Part shown: positions 51,844-64,000 of the stretch, piece by piece
Layout of the letters: every line of letters starts with the position of its first letter
How positions within the stretch are numbered: position 1 is the first letter of the stretch
Notes under the pieces: generated by a model
Told to the model about the DNA's origin: nothing
Seen by the model: only the letters and a program-made list of their open reading frames with translations
Database searches by the model: none
Made by a program: the position numbers and the translations under genes
Source of the DNA: Mobula hypostoma
Lineage: Eukaryota
Length of the DNA stretch: 64,000 nucleotides
Assembly (NCBI RefSeq): GCF_963921235.1
Contig: NC_086108.1
Span: 35,776,001 to 35,840,000, forward strand
Direction of reading: 5' to 3'

Positions 51844-52153
51844 TAGCACGTTTTGTGACCTTGGGTCATGTCAACCACAGAATAGATAATTTTGCAAGCA
51901 TCATGCCTGTGGCAATGTAGGAAGTGTGGAAATCGATTGGTGTACAGCAAGTTCTCACACTTTGCATTGAGATAAGAAACCAAGTGACCGGATCTAATGA
52001 TATAAGTCGGAAGGTAAACGTGATGAGGTCAGGAAGCATAAACTTCTGCTTTTACTTGCAATGATGGTACAGCGTCTTTTACATCCATCGAGGAGAAAAG
52101 CCTAAGTTCTACCCCTCAGTTCCCAGCTAACACTTCTGACAGAGCTGTGCTTA

Positions 52154-53003
52154 CAGTACCTACAAAAGTACTCACCCCCACCATCCCCCCCATATGTTTG
52201 GTTTACAGCATTGAATCACAGTAGATTTAATTTGGCTTTTTTTGACCCTGGCCAACCGAAAAATAATCTTTCATGTCAAAGGGATAACAGATCTCTACAA
52301 AGTGATCTAAATTAATTACAAATATAAAATACAAAATAATTGATTGTGAAAGTATTCACCCCCTTTAATATGACACACCAAATCATCACTGCTGTGGCCA
52401 ATTGGTTTTAGAAGTCACATAATTAGTTAAATGAAGATCTGTTTTTGGAGACCTGTGTGCAGTCAAGGTGTTTCAATTGACTGTAGTGAAAATACACCGG
52501 TATCTGGAAGGTCCAACTGCTGGTGAGTCAGTATCCTGGCAAAAACTACACCATGAAGACAAAAGAACGCTCCAAGCAACTCCACAAAAAGGTCATTGAA
52601 AAGCACAGATCAGGAAATGGATGCAAGAAAATTTCCAAGTCACTGAATACCCCTTCGAGTACAGTTAAGTCAATTATCAAGAAATGGAACAAATAAGGCA
52701 CAGCTGTAAATCTGCCTTGAGCAGGCAATCCTCAAAACTGAGTGACCGTGCAAGAGGGGACCTACTGAGGGAGGCCACCACGAGACCTTTAACAGCTCTG
52801 GAGGAGTTCCAATCTTCAGTGTTTTATACTTAAAATTAATTTAGATCATTTTGTAGAGATCTGTTTTCACTTTGACATAGAAGAGTCTTTTTGTGTTGAT
52901 CAGTGTCGAAAAAAGCCATAGTTAAACCATTGTGATTCAATATTGTAAAACAATAAAACATGAAAACTTCTAAGGGGGGGGTGAATATCTTTTATAGGCA
53001 CTG
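52154..53003 (+). mobile_element. Internally deleted Tc1 element
   Basis: TA|cagtacctacaaaagtactcacccc ... ggggtgaatatcttttataggcactg|TA; transposase N-terminus MKTKERSKQL... from 52553, with stops. Confidence 0.87.
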
Positions 53004-53019
53004 TATATTTCACATTATT

Positions 53020-53340
53020 TTCTTATGGCATAGAAGGGCATTTGGCCCTTCAAATCTAGGCCGGCCTTTAGAGACAATTCCATTACTCCACTTACTTTCC
53101 TGGATCCTTTCTTTGCACAAAGGTCCGTGAACGCCCCTAACCCTACCTCCTAACCACCGCCCGCCCCAGCCTCCCATTCCTCTGGCACCTACACCAGGGC
53201 AATTTAATGTAGCCAAGTAATCTATTATCCCTGGGATAAGGGAAGAAACCAGAACACTTGGTGGAAATCCGTGCAGTCACAGAATGAACGTGCAAACTCC
53301 ATACAGGCAACATGAATTTGCGTGTCAAGATTATGTAGAA
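53020..53340 (-). mobile_element. SINE fragment (V-SINE-like)
   Basis: gggaagaaaccagaacac...agaatgaacgtgcaaactccatacag. Confidence 0.55.
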
Positions 53341-54227
53341 ATTTAACACAAGGTAAACGTCCATCTGATTTTGACAATGAAAACTTTGAACCAGTGCAAA
53401 TGAGCCTCAAAGGAAAAAGAACTATTTAAAGTCAGACTGATTCATTGAGCATTGCTTTATTTACTTTATAGCTACCTTTGCAAGGTACCCCATGCAAGGC
53501 TTATTGAGAAAGTAAGGAGGCATGGGATCCAAGGGGACCTTGCTTTGTGGATCCAGAACTGGCTTGCCCACAGAAGGCAAAGAGTGGTTGTAGACGGGTC
53601 ATATTCTGCATGGAGGTTGGTGACCAGTGGAGTGCCTCAGGGATCTGTTCTGGGACGCCTTCTCTTTGTGATTTTTATAAATGACCTGGATGAGGAAGTA
53701 GAGGGATGGGTTAGTAAGTTTGCTGATGATACAAAGGTTAGGGGTGTTGCGGATAGTGTAGAGGGCTGTCAGAGGTTGTAGCAGGACATCGATAGGATGC
53801 AAAACTGGGCTGAGAAGTGGCAGATGGAGTTTAACCCAGATGTGTGAAGTGGTTCATTTTGGTAGGTCAAATATGATGACAGAATATAGTATTAATGGTA
53901 AGACTCTTGGCAGTGTGGAGGATCAGAGGGATCTTCGGGTCCGAGTCCATAGGATGCTCAAAGCAGCTGCGCAGGTTGACTCTGTGATTAAGAAGGCATG
54001 CGGTGTATTGGCAGTCATCAATTGTGGATTTGAATTTAGGAGCCAAGAGGTAATGTTGCAGTTATATAGGACCCTGGTGTTATGGTCCAGTCCGTGAAGT
54101 CCGTGTTCCGGTCCATGGTTCCTTGTTCCAGGGTTTCTGGTTTTCCCCCGTTTCTGTTGTGGGCACATGTTTCTCGTTTTGGGGCTGAGACATAAATACC
54201 TCTGCAAACCAGTAATTCCCTGTTTGA

Positions 54228-54641
<414 letters not shown>

Positions 54642-55112
54642 TGAGTCCTTGCCTTCGCTAGGTGGGTCTGGCATTTGCCGCCACCCTGTGTTGGGATCCG
54701 TCTCTTCATGTTCAGTGTTCTGTGTATGAGTCCCAGCCCTACAACCTGTTCCCAAGGAGGGGTCCCGGCTCTGTGTTATGTGTGTGAGTCCCAGCCCTAC
54801 GTCCTGTTCCCAAGGAGGGGTCCCGGCTCTGTGTTCCATGCTCCTGTCTTTCCTAGTCCAAGGCTCCATGCTCCTGAAGGCCCTTGTCCTGTCTGTGCCT
54901 AGTCCAGTCCTATCTGAGTCCTGTCCATGTGCCTTTACCTGTCCTTGTGTCTTGCCCTACCCAGGAGTTCCTCACCCAAGCCATGTTAAGTCCTGTAGCC
55001 TCGTCTTGTCCTCGCCCAGTTCTGGAGTGTGAGCCTGAGTCAAGTCCCAGGTGCTGGGTCCTTGCCCAGTCTCTGGCTCAGAGCCCATACCCAAGCCTCT
55101 GCATTTCAGGAC

Positions 55113-55323
55113 CCAAGACCCCAGCCTGCAGGCCTTGAGCCTCGAGACCCCAGCCTGCAGGCCTCGAGCCTCGAGACCCCAAGCCTGTCTCCAAGCCTCG
55201 AGACCCCAAGCCTTTCTCCAAGCCTCAAGCCTCGAGACCCCAAGCCTGTCTCCAAGCCTCGAGACCCCCAAGCCTGTCTCCAAGCCTCGAGCCTCGAGAC
55301 CCCAAGCCTGCCTCCTAGCCTCG
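55113..55323 (+). repeat. Minisatellite of CCAAGCCTCGAGACC / CCAAGCCTGTCT units
   Basis: Alternating 12-15 bp units repeated many times. Confidence 0.9.
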
Positions 55324-56214
55324 AGATTTACAAGGATGTTGCCTGGATTGGGGAGCATGCCTTATGAAAACAGGTTGAGTAAACTCAGCCTTTTCTCCTT
55401 GGAGCGACGGAGGATGAGAGGTGACCTGATAGAGGTGTATAAGATGATGAGAGGCGTTGATCATGTGGATAGTCAGAGTCTTTTTCCCAGGGCTGAAATA
55501 GTTAACACAAGGGGGCACAGGTTTAAGGTGCTGGGGAGTAGGTACAGAAGAAATGTCAGGGGTAAGTTTTTTACGCAGAGAGTGGTGAGTGCGTGGAATG
55601 GGCTGCCGGCATGGTGGTGGAGGTGGATGCGATAGGATCTTTTAAGAGACTTCGGGATAGGTACATGGCGCTTAGAAAAATAGAGAAATTACCCTAGTAA
55701 TTTCTAAGGTAGGGACATGTTTGGCACAACTTTGTGGGCCGAAGGGCCTGTATTGTGCTGTAGGTTTTCTATGTTTCTATGCTTTGCAAAAAAACAATTA
55801 GAACATAAAGGAAATGTTGATGCTCAAAATTACCATGATTCCTAAACATTTACAAAACATCTAACTGATGGAAAATAGAACAACTACTTAAGATTATAAG
55901 AAACATGGAGGCAACAAACAGGGCACTTAGCTCTCAAACTCACTCCACATAAGGTTACAGCTGACCCAACTTTGGCCTCGATACAACTCATCTGTGTTCT
56001 CCCAATACCCCTTGACTCATCTGCAGCTCAAGTATCTATCAGTCCCTGCCTTGGTTGAATGCACTAATTTCACCTCCTCAGATTTCTGAAGTAGGACATT
56101 TCACAGTCATAATGCTGTGACAAAATTCCTCCCCATCTTTGACATCACTGATCAACTCCCTCTCCTGAAATTAGTTCAGGATGCATAGTCTGAAAAACAC
56201 TCACAACACGGTGT

Positions 56215-56665
56215 GAGCATTTATACTTGTGCGTTGGTGTGTCTGCGTCACGCTGCAATTTGGACACATCGCGCATGCGCACACACCTGCCTGTGCAAGG
56301 CTTCATGGTCATGGTAGTCTTTCTCGGGGTAAACAAGTTTAAAGCAAGCATCTTTTTTCATAAAAGTGAAATGTGTCCTCCATAATTTCGGAGGTCTGTA
56401 AAGCTTTATGGAAAGCATTGCAGCCAGAGTTCCTTCCCTGCCCTTCAGTCGCCCAATGGGAAGCTATTGCAGCGTAGGAGGAAATGCGATGCTACCAAGC
56501 GGACCAATCACAGTTGTTGCGGTCTGCGTTGCCGCTACGCGTAGTTACATTTTGGGAGAGGTGCACATCAGGCTACGGCGTAGGGATCTGCGTAGGCTCT
56601 GCGTAGTGTTTGCAGCAATGCCATACCTACAGCATCGATTTGACACAGAAGTATAAATCAGCCCT
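56215..56665. mobile_element. MITE, possibly PIF/Harbinger-like
   Basis: Inverted ends atttatacttgtgcgt and gacacagaagtataaatcagccct; CpG-rich interior with ctacgcgtag palindromes. Confidence 0.55.
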
Positions 56666-57094
56666 AAAATTCAGGCAAAATAAGACAGAGGCCCACAATT
56701 TTAATTAATTTATACAACAGTCTCTTAAAAACTCAGATTAATGCAGAAGGACAGTAACCAAGCCAAGTTAGTTCTGTTTTATTTTAAACTCCTTTAAACA
56801 GACATCTGCATTTTTGCGGTTACATCAAAGGTGTACGAATGTCCCAAAGTGCACTGTTAAGTTTGTTCACGTCAACAATCAAATCAAATCTGATATGCAG
56901 CAGGTCACATCCTTCAAGGATCTGAATCATTTAAAATCCTTTTGCATTATCATTAATCTCATTTCCTGCGGCTGTTTGTTGACACATTGTTTGCTTTCTC
57001 CAAATGAGCCAAGAATGTTGTTTGTACCCTAGCGACATATGCTGCTGTTAGGCAAACCTAATCTGATCTGCCTTGAGGTAACCTGAAGCAGAAC

Positions 57095-57240
57095 ATGCGT
57101 CAGCGCTGGGTTCCCTGCCCAGGATCTTGAAACCAGTTTCAATTTGTTGTTATAAACAGTAAATCATCCTTCACTCTAGTCACAGCTAATCCACACCCAC
57201 AAGCGAAATGGGTGTGTATGCCTGTGCGTATATATAAGGA
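57095..57240 (+). promoter_or_regulatory. Candidate proximal promoter of the RGS2-like gene
   Basis: TATATATAAG at 57229-57238; half-CRE TGCGTCA at about 57096-57102; CCACACCC at 57191-57198. Confidence 0.55.
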
Positions 57241-57342
57241 GGCAGAAGAGGAGAAAGGGCAGATACTGTCAGCTCTTGCCAGAGAGATAGTGACCAGAGT
57301 ATAACTGAGGAAATCCAGCAGCAGCTTCTAGTGAAGAAAAAC

Positions 57343-57449
57343 ATGCAGAAGTCCCTGATTTTGCTTGTGCACTCAAAACATTCTCCAAGCAAAACTGAAT
57401 ACCAGAGCAAACAGGACGAGATGCAAACGAAAATGCACAAACAGAGCTT
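57343..57449 (+). CDS. RGS2: RGS2-like coding exon 1 (107 nt)
   Basis: ATG about 110 nt after TATATATAA; donor gtaagt. Confidence 0.8.
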
Positions 57450-59688
57450 GTAAGTAATAAGTAATAAACCCTCCATTAACTACCAGCTGTTACACAACCC
57501 AGTATAAAGCTTGTTGTTTCATGTCTGCCTCTCTGGGTAGACAGATTTAACTTTTGCACTTTCAGAGTTTTAGATCTACTTCTGCTTTGCATAGTACTGA
57601 CCAACTATTTTCAGAACTGTAAAAAATTATTGCTTCAGTAAAACAAAGATAATTGCTAGAATTATAGAGCATTGCCCGAGATTTGAAATCTAATTGTAGA
57701 CAATAGGGCAATGTCGCTTTGCATTTCTTTTGGAATTAACACTGTAGATTTTTGCTTCACTATTTTCTCACTTTACTTGTGGAGTTTTGAGGAGAAAGAA
57801 ACATCTTTTGGATTATAGGTTATTATAGTTATACTTCTCTTGACGTTCCTAATGTCTGTATCTTTTCCTTTGCAGTATTAAAGAGCTGAGGAATCGGTGT
57901 TCACACCTATTGCAGCATCAGAAGGCAACCACCAATTCCTCTCAACATGCAAAGGTCAAACCAGGAGGAGGAAAAATCATTTTAAAGTAAGTTACTGTGC
58001 CTACTTAAACCTTGGTGCTCCAAAACATTTATTTGAAATGTGCATTTGTAACCTTGAATGCAAAGACGTCAATAATAATTTTATTTCTATTTCTCCACAG
58101 TCCCACCCATGAAGAAGTACTGAAATGGGCTGAATCACTGGACAAGCTACTGGGTCATAAATGTAAGCAGCTTACTGTACATCACTTATGATCAGTTGCC
58201 TCTCTGTGCTGATTACCCTTTCTTCTTCGGAATATAATGAGAAGTTCTGAATTCCCATTAAATCTGTCCAAGAGGGAAAGGCACTCTTTAAAATTCAGTG
58301 CCCAAAGTAAATAATCTGATGTTTTAATGGAAAATTGCAACCTACTTAAATCCAAATAATACACTTAGAGATATAAAAACATGGAAGTTTAAATGCTGAA
58401 GTTTAATTTCATTTTTAAAAATCCTTCATAACATTGTTACATAGATTCTACTGCATAGATTCTTATACAGTTTGACTTGAAAGAAATTAATTCAAGTTCT
58501 AATAATGTAAAGTCAGGTGATATTAATGTGATGAACATTAAGAATAATGTTCACCCTTTCCCTAGTAACATATACACATTGCATTACGTGCTGCATAAGT
58601 AAGCATTATGGCCAGCAGCAGCAAAGAGTAGCAGTAATCTGCACTGCAAATATCAGAGTTATAATATTATGGGCTTTAGAAAGTCAACAGAGCTGTTTAG
58701 AAATTTTAATGTAATTACCATGACAATTGAGGAATGAAGTAGCATGAAGTAATGTATTATTTCTTTTTTCTTCTCTCCAGATGGGCTGATTGCCTTTAAA
58801 ACGTTCCTTAAGTCTGAGTACAACGATGAGAACATTGAGTTCTGGCTGGCCTGCGAGGACTACAAGAAAATTAAGTCACCCACAAAACAAGCCTCCAGAG
58901 CAAAGAAGATCTTCTCAGATTTTCTTGAGCCAATGTCTCCTAAAGAGGTAATTGTTGACTGACTTCTTCCTATCGATTATCAGGGTTTACTTCATTGAAA
59001 ACTAAACAGGCATCAATGTCCATGGGATCAATTATAATGATAGACTGAAGTAGAAGCTCCACAGTAGTGCTGGTTCAATGTGTACATAATGCTTACTGAC
59101 ACACACGGACAAGACAAGTCTCAGATTCCGTTCTGCGTGTGTGGTGAGCACAAAGGCTCTACATTCTTCCTGCGTTAAAGGTACTCAACAAGTGAAGCTG
59201 CACCAACGCAGGGGCATAAACAGTCAATGTTTTGGGCTGAGACCCTTCGTCAGGACAAGGAGCTCAGTCCAAAACATCAACTGTTTATTCCACTCCATAG
59301 ATGCTGCCTGACTTGCTGAGTTCCTCCAGCAATTTACGTATGTTGCTCAAAATAGCCAGCATCCACAGAATCTCTTCTTTGACAATCACCCTCAGCTGTC
59401 TGCAATAATAGAAGTAAACAAATGTGGTAGACTAGACATGTTAATGCTGACAAGTGCTCTGCAGCAATCACTAATAGTGTTACAATTTATTTTTTATAAC
59501 AGATTAATGTGGATTACTATACTAAAGATGCAATCACCAAAAACCTTCAACACCCAACCTGCTCGTGCTTTGAAGTTGCACAGAAGAAGATCTACGCTTT
59601 GATGGAGAATAATTGCTATGCAAGGTTCCTTCAGTCAGATATCTACCAGAACATACTCAACAACAGTCTCGACCATCACCAAACATGA
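57343..59688 (+). CDS. RGS2: Regulator of G-protein signalling 2-like; 5 coding exons join(57343..57449,57876..57986,58101..58162,58781..58947,59503..59688), 210 aa
   Basis: GT-AG introns with phases 2,2,1,0. Protein is [13 protein letters not shown]...[21 protein letters not shown]...[54 protein letters not shown]...[12 protein letters not shown]...[26 protein letters not shown]...*. The MQ.. N-terminus, amphipathic helix, KYGL and the MENN motif are RGS2-like. Confidence 0.87.
57876..57986 (+). CDS. RGS2: RGS2-like coding exon 2 (111 nt)
   Basis: tttgcag acceptor; [13 protein letters not shown] amphipathic helix; donor gtaagt. Confidence 0.85.
58101..58162 (+). CDS. RGS2: RGS2-like coding exon 3 (62 nt)
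   Basis: [20 protein letters not shown]; cag/gtaagc. Confidence 0.9.
58781..58947 (+). CDS. RGS2: RGS2-like coding exon 4 (167 nt)
   Basis: [55 protein letters not shown]; cag/gtaatt. Confidence 0.95.
59180..59375. mobile_element. Degenerate palindromic Penelope-derived element in RGS2 intron 4
   Basis: aaacagtcaatgttttgggctgagacccttcgtcaggac ... ctcagtccaaaacatcaactgttta; hammerhead GAAA box mutated to AAAA. Confidence 0.7.
59503..59688 (+). CDS. RGS2: RGS2-like coding exon 5 (186 nt including stop)
   Basis: [61 protein letters not shown]. Confidence 0.93.
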   Translation: MNVDYYTKDAITKNLQHPTCSCFEVAQKKIYALMENNCYARFLQSDIYQNILNNSLDHHQT

Positions 59689-60804
59689 ACATGCTCATTC
59701 GTTCAAAGCAAATCTGAAGATGACCTCTTGTCGAGATGTGGTTGTTTTCTTTGCTGTGAGTGAAGCACTCCATGGGAAAGGACTGAAAACTAACAGCTGG
59801 TCGGACGTGAACAGTGAAAGGCCAAGACGAGGTCCCAGAAAGAATAGAGAAAAGTCCAATGAAGCCTTTTGAAAGGCAGAGAGAGAAAAGTAACAATGGC
59901 CCACTGTGAGCAGAAAACTCAGTGGCTTACCAGAGCCAAGTTATCTGCGTGGAGGTAAAGGAGACAAAGCAGAGTGCAGAGCCTCCAGGAAGACAAAAGG
60001 ACCTTTGGAGGTCAGGAAGCCTGCCCTGCCTTTGAGAGAGAGAAAGAGAAAAGTTAGTGAGGAGAGAGGTGCATGTTGCACTGGCAGTGCACCAGCAGTA
60101 AAAAGTGCATTGACACAATGACAATGCTTTCATTTAATAGTGCTTAAGATCTATATAATTAAATGTGTGATTGCTTAGTCTTTCAGTGTACTTATCTAAC
60201 ATTGGAAAATGCAAAATCTTCCTCTGTAATCTCTAATAAGATTGGATTTGTGCTTCCAGCTGTCTAGATAGTTAGTCGGATCTAATACAGCTATCCCCAA
60301 CTTGAAATATTTAGGGGTAGAGAGAAGGTTAACTGCTCCAAGTTTGCACCATGTTATCCCTGTAAAAAGCGACTTGGCTGACTGCTTAAGATCTGATATC
60401 TTTGTGTAACTAGTGATTGCCTGGCTTCTCACACTATCAGTGTTTCTGTTGGACATGATCCAAAGTGAACAAAGCCAATCGATCATAGAGTCAGTAAAAG
60501 ATTTTTAATCATTTTAATGTACTGAAGCTGAACTTTGGATGATGACCCTTCAAATCCAATGTATAAACCATGCTTTTGTGCTTCATTTCAAAATGCAACC
60601 CAACCTGCATTACCTATATCACTTCTTGATACTTAACCAAGCTCAGAACTTTAAAGGGTGTGGCGGGGTGGTGTGAAAATATTCAGAGATGTGATTTACA
60701 GACCAACATTGTGCAGATGCTAAAACTGTATTCTTGCCTGTGATGTGAACAACTTAAACATATGTTGATTCAGTTATTGAAGAATTCTGAATTAATAAGT
60801 TATA

Positions 60805-60810
60805 AATAAA
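60805..60810 (+). terminator. Candidate polyadenylation signal of the RGS2-like gene
   Basis: AATAAA about 1.1 kb after the stop, followed by T/GT-rich tracts at 60844-60870. Confidence 0.55.
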
Positions 60811-62647
60811 GTTATTTGAATTCAGCTCAGATGTTATACCAGATTTTTTTTGTGCTTCTAATTTTTTTGTAGTAATCTCACTCTTTCATTAAGCCTTAAA
60901 TGCAATTACATTCTATAAGGTGATACAGTTGTGGGACAACATTAAGAAGTCACAGTAGAGGTTTGATTGGAAGCAACTGAATTTTCACCATATACTTATC
61001 AGCAGATTGACCCCATGAAGGCAGAAACCAACAGTAGTAATTGGGAGCTGGTGAACCATGTTCAGTATGGGGTGGGGACCTCCCTGGCTGAGGAATGATA
61101 ATGAGAAAGGCAAAGGGCTGTTACCAGACCTTACTGAGCTCACCGGGAGCCAACCTCCTCATGGCTGTCAACAAAAAAAGCATTTTCTAGAAACACTCAG
61201 CAGGTCGGGCATCATTTGTGGGAACAGTTACCGATTCAGATCGCAGACACTTTGCCGTGCTCTGTTTTCACTCCTCTCAGAAGGCAGGATAAAGCAGTCA
61301 GATCCTGAGGTCAGCAAACATCACATTCAGTCATCAGGTGAGCTGGTCCGTTGACATCGACCTATGGCATGCACTAACTCCAATGTTGACTGTCCTCTGC
61401 AGCTGGACCAATTTCGTATCTGCCGGGCATAACTTAGAGCCAGCATGCATTATTTAAAGACACTCGTAAATACAGCACCTGGCTGCAGAGCTCAGTATAA
61501 TTCTCCTGAGGCACCACTCCCTTCTACATCCCCATCAATCACCTACTTTTCTTCCTGAGCACCGCTGAGCCATTGCACTTCGTGACAGCCTGAGAGGCAC
61601 AACTTGCAGTTTCATATTTTATCATCTGTTCTGCCAACATTCGAACAACACTAACTGTTGCACTTGGAACGTGAACTGCAGAGTCCTCCAAAAACGACTC
61701 TGCAAATGTAGAGCGCGATCAGAGCTGAGGACATTAAACATCAAACCGCAATATCCCCCCCTCCCAAGAAAGAGTCCCACAGCCGCAAGTCGCGCAGAGG
61801 TGGTCAAACCTGCACCCTCCTGCAGCAGCAGCGGGAGGGAGAGCAGTCAAACGCAAGCTGACGCTTTAATCGACGAGGAGTAACGGAACCCACCACGGGT
61901 CCACGTTCTGCCATTAGGAAACGATGGCCATGCACTCCACTCCCAGCCTAGCCAAATTCCCCAGGAGATAGCTGGAGTGCCAGATCACTCAGGTCCCCCC
62001 AAACACATCTGACTGTATGTTGGATCTGGCCTGTCAGGAGGGGATAACTAAAGTCAGATGAAATCAGTGAGATTAAAAGGGAGGGGGTTTAACTGTGTGG
62101 GAGAGTCAAAAAGCAGCAAGTGGTGGCAAATGGTTGTTTTTCAAACTGAGCCGAACTGCCTCACATGGGGTCAACCAACACTTTTTACTATACACTATGT
62201 TAATGAACAGCACTTGGCATAACTTCAATGTTTGTGGGTGAATCCAAAAGGAAGTAAAGTGTAACGTATTACAGGAGAATGAAGGCCGGCTGCTGAGAGA
62301 GACAGCATCATGACAGGTGAACTTTAGCGTGGAGCAGAGGAGGGTGATTCGCTTCAACAGAGCAATATAAATAGAGAGTAGTCTGGAAAGAGATGCAAGA
62401 ACAGAAGAACCGAGGGGCGTCTGCGCAAAATCTTTGAAGGTGGGGGGACAAATTATGAAAGCTATTAAAGGAAATGAGAAGAAAAGGCATCTGACCATAC
62501 ATCCCTACAAGGGACTGTGAGGACTGCTGAGAAGATCATCAGGGTTCTCTTCCAACCACCAGGAGCATTACCTACACAGAGCCCTTAGCATTGTCAGTGA
62601 CTCCACCCCCACCCCCACCATCTGTACCATAATCTCTTTAGCCACTG

Positions 62648-63812
62648 CAACACACATCAAAGTTGCTGGTGAACGCAGCAGGCCAGGCAGCATCTCTAGG
62701 AAGAGGTACAGTCGACGTTTCGGGCCGAGACCCTTCGTCAGGACTAACTGAAGGAAGAATGAGTAAGAGATTTGAAAGTGGGAGGGGGAGGGGGAGATCC
62801 AAAATGATAGGAGAAGACAGGAGGGAGAGGGATGGAGCCAAGAGCTGGACAGGTGATTGACAAAAGGGATATGAGAGGATCATGGGACAGGAGGCCCAGG
62901 GAGAAGGAAAAGGGAGGGGGGGAAGGAAACTCAGAGAATGGGCAAGGGGTATAGTGAGAGGGACAGAGGGAGAAAAAGGAGAGAGAGAGAAAGAATGTGT
63001 GTATAAAAATAAATAACGGATGGGGTACGAGGGGGAGGTGGGGCATTAGCGGAAGTTTGAGAAGTCAATGTTCATGTCACCAGGTTGGAGGCTACCCAGA
63101 CAGATTTAAAGTGTTGTTCCTTCAACCTGAGTGTGGCTTCATCTTTATAGTAGAGGAGGCCGTGGATAGACATACCAGAATGGGAATGGGATGTGGAATT
63201 AAAATGTGTGGCCACTGGGAGATGCTGCTTTCTCTGGCGGACAGAGCGTAGGTGTTCAGCAAAACGATCTCCCAGTCTGCGTCGGGTCTTGCCAATATAT
63301 AGAAGGCCACATCGGGAGCACCGGACGCAGTATATCACCCCAGCCGACTCACAGGTAAAGTGTCGCCTCACCTGGAAGGATTGTTTGGGGCCCTGAATGG
63401 TGTTAAGGGAGGAAGTGTAAGGGCATGTGTAGCACTTGTTCCGCTTACAAGGATAAGTGCCAGGAGGGAGATCCGTGGGGAGGGATGGGGGGGAATGAAT
63501 GGACAAGGGAGTCGCGTAGGGACCGATCCCTGCGGAAAGCAGAGGGGCGGGAGGGAAAGATGTGCTTAGTGGTGGGATCCCGTTGGAGGTGGCGGAAGTT
63601 ACGGAGAATAATATGTTGGACCTGGAGGCTGATGGGGTGGTAGGTGAGGACCAGGGGAACCCTATTCCTAGTGGGGTGACGGGAGGATGGAGTGAGAGCA
63701 GATGTGCGTGAAATGGGGGAGATGCGTTTGAGAGCAGAGTTGATGGTGGAGGAAGGGAAGCCCCTTTCTTTAAAAAAGGAGGACATCTCCCTCGTCCTGG
63801 AATGAAAAGCCC
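62648..63812 (-). mobile_element. Penelope-like element, 5'-truncated: GIY-YIG endonuclease region and terminal repeat
   Basis: ORF 63072..63815 PCKRNKCYTCPY...GVIYCVRCSRCGLLYIGKTRRRLGDRFAEH...VATHFN; ORF 63445..63840 FKERGFP (RT thumb/linker). Confidence 0.93.
62710..62745 (-). ncRNA. Minimal type I hammerhead ribozyme motif in the Penelope terminus
   Basis: Reverse complement agtc-CTGACGA-a-GGGT-ctcg-GCCC-GAAA-cGTC-gact, in the same sense as the Penelope ORF. Confidence 0.8.
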
Positions 63813-64000
63813 CATACCAGCTAATGTAGCATTGTGACAAAAACTATTAGGATGTGAAACAGCTTCTTACCCAGGCAATGAGACTACTGGACTCCAACCC
63901 AGGTCTCATCACTTATGAAGTGTCAATAGTGTTATACTGTTTACTTTTTAACCTGTGCTGTAAATGCACCTTATGCTAAATGCCAGTTTTCTAGAATCGA

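Noticed and set aside
55113..55323. Short regularly spaced repeats resembling a CRISPR array
   Set aside because: There are no unique spacers and no cas genes, and the context is vertebrate; this is a minisatellite.
59618..60133. Several 68-84 aa ORFs after RGS2 exon 5
   Set aside because: They are alternative frames and 3' UTR sequence without domain features.

Overview
Eukaryotic, repeat-rich vertebrate DNA. The repeat landscape (CR1, Rex1/Babar, Penelope, V-SINE/HE1-like SINEs, Tc1) suggests a cartilaginous fish; that is an inference. Two intact five-exon R4-family RGS genes lie on the + strand: an RGS1-like gene (CDS 37652-40720, 211 aa) and an RGS2-like gene (CDS 57343-59688, 210 aa). 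Both have GT-AG introns and candidate TATA boxes. Most of the remainder is nested transposable elements. The most notable features are (i) minimal type I hammerhead ribozyme motifs in Penelope termini, including two short non-coding fold-back elements with their own 13-15 bp target-site duplications; (ii) a full-length IR/DR Tc1 flanked by a 44-bp direct duplication instead of TA; (iii) a HERO-like restriction-like-endonuclease retroelement fragment inside a CR1; and (iv) an RGS2-like protein with an atypical set of G-alpha selectivity residues. All family assignments come from motif recognition by eye, not from database searches.
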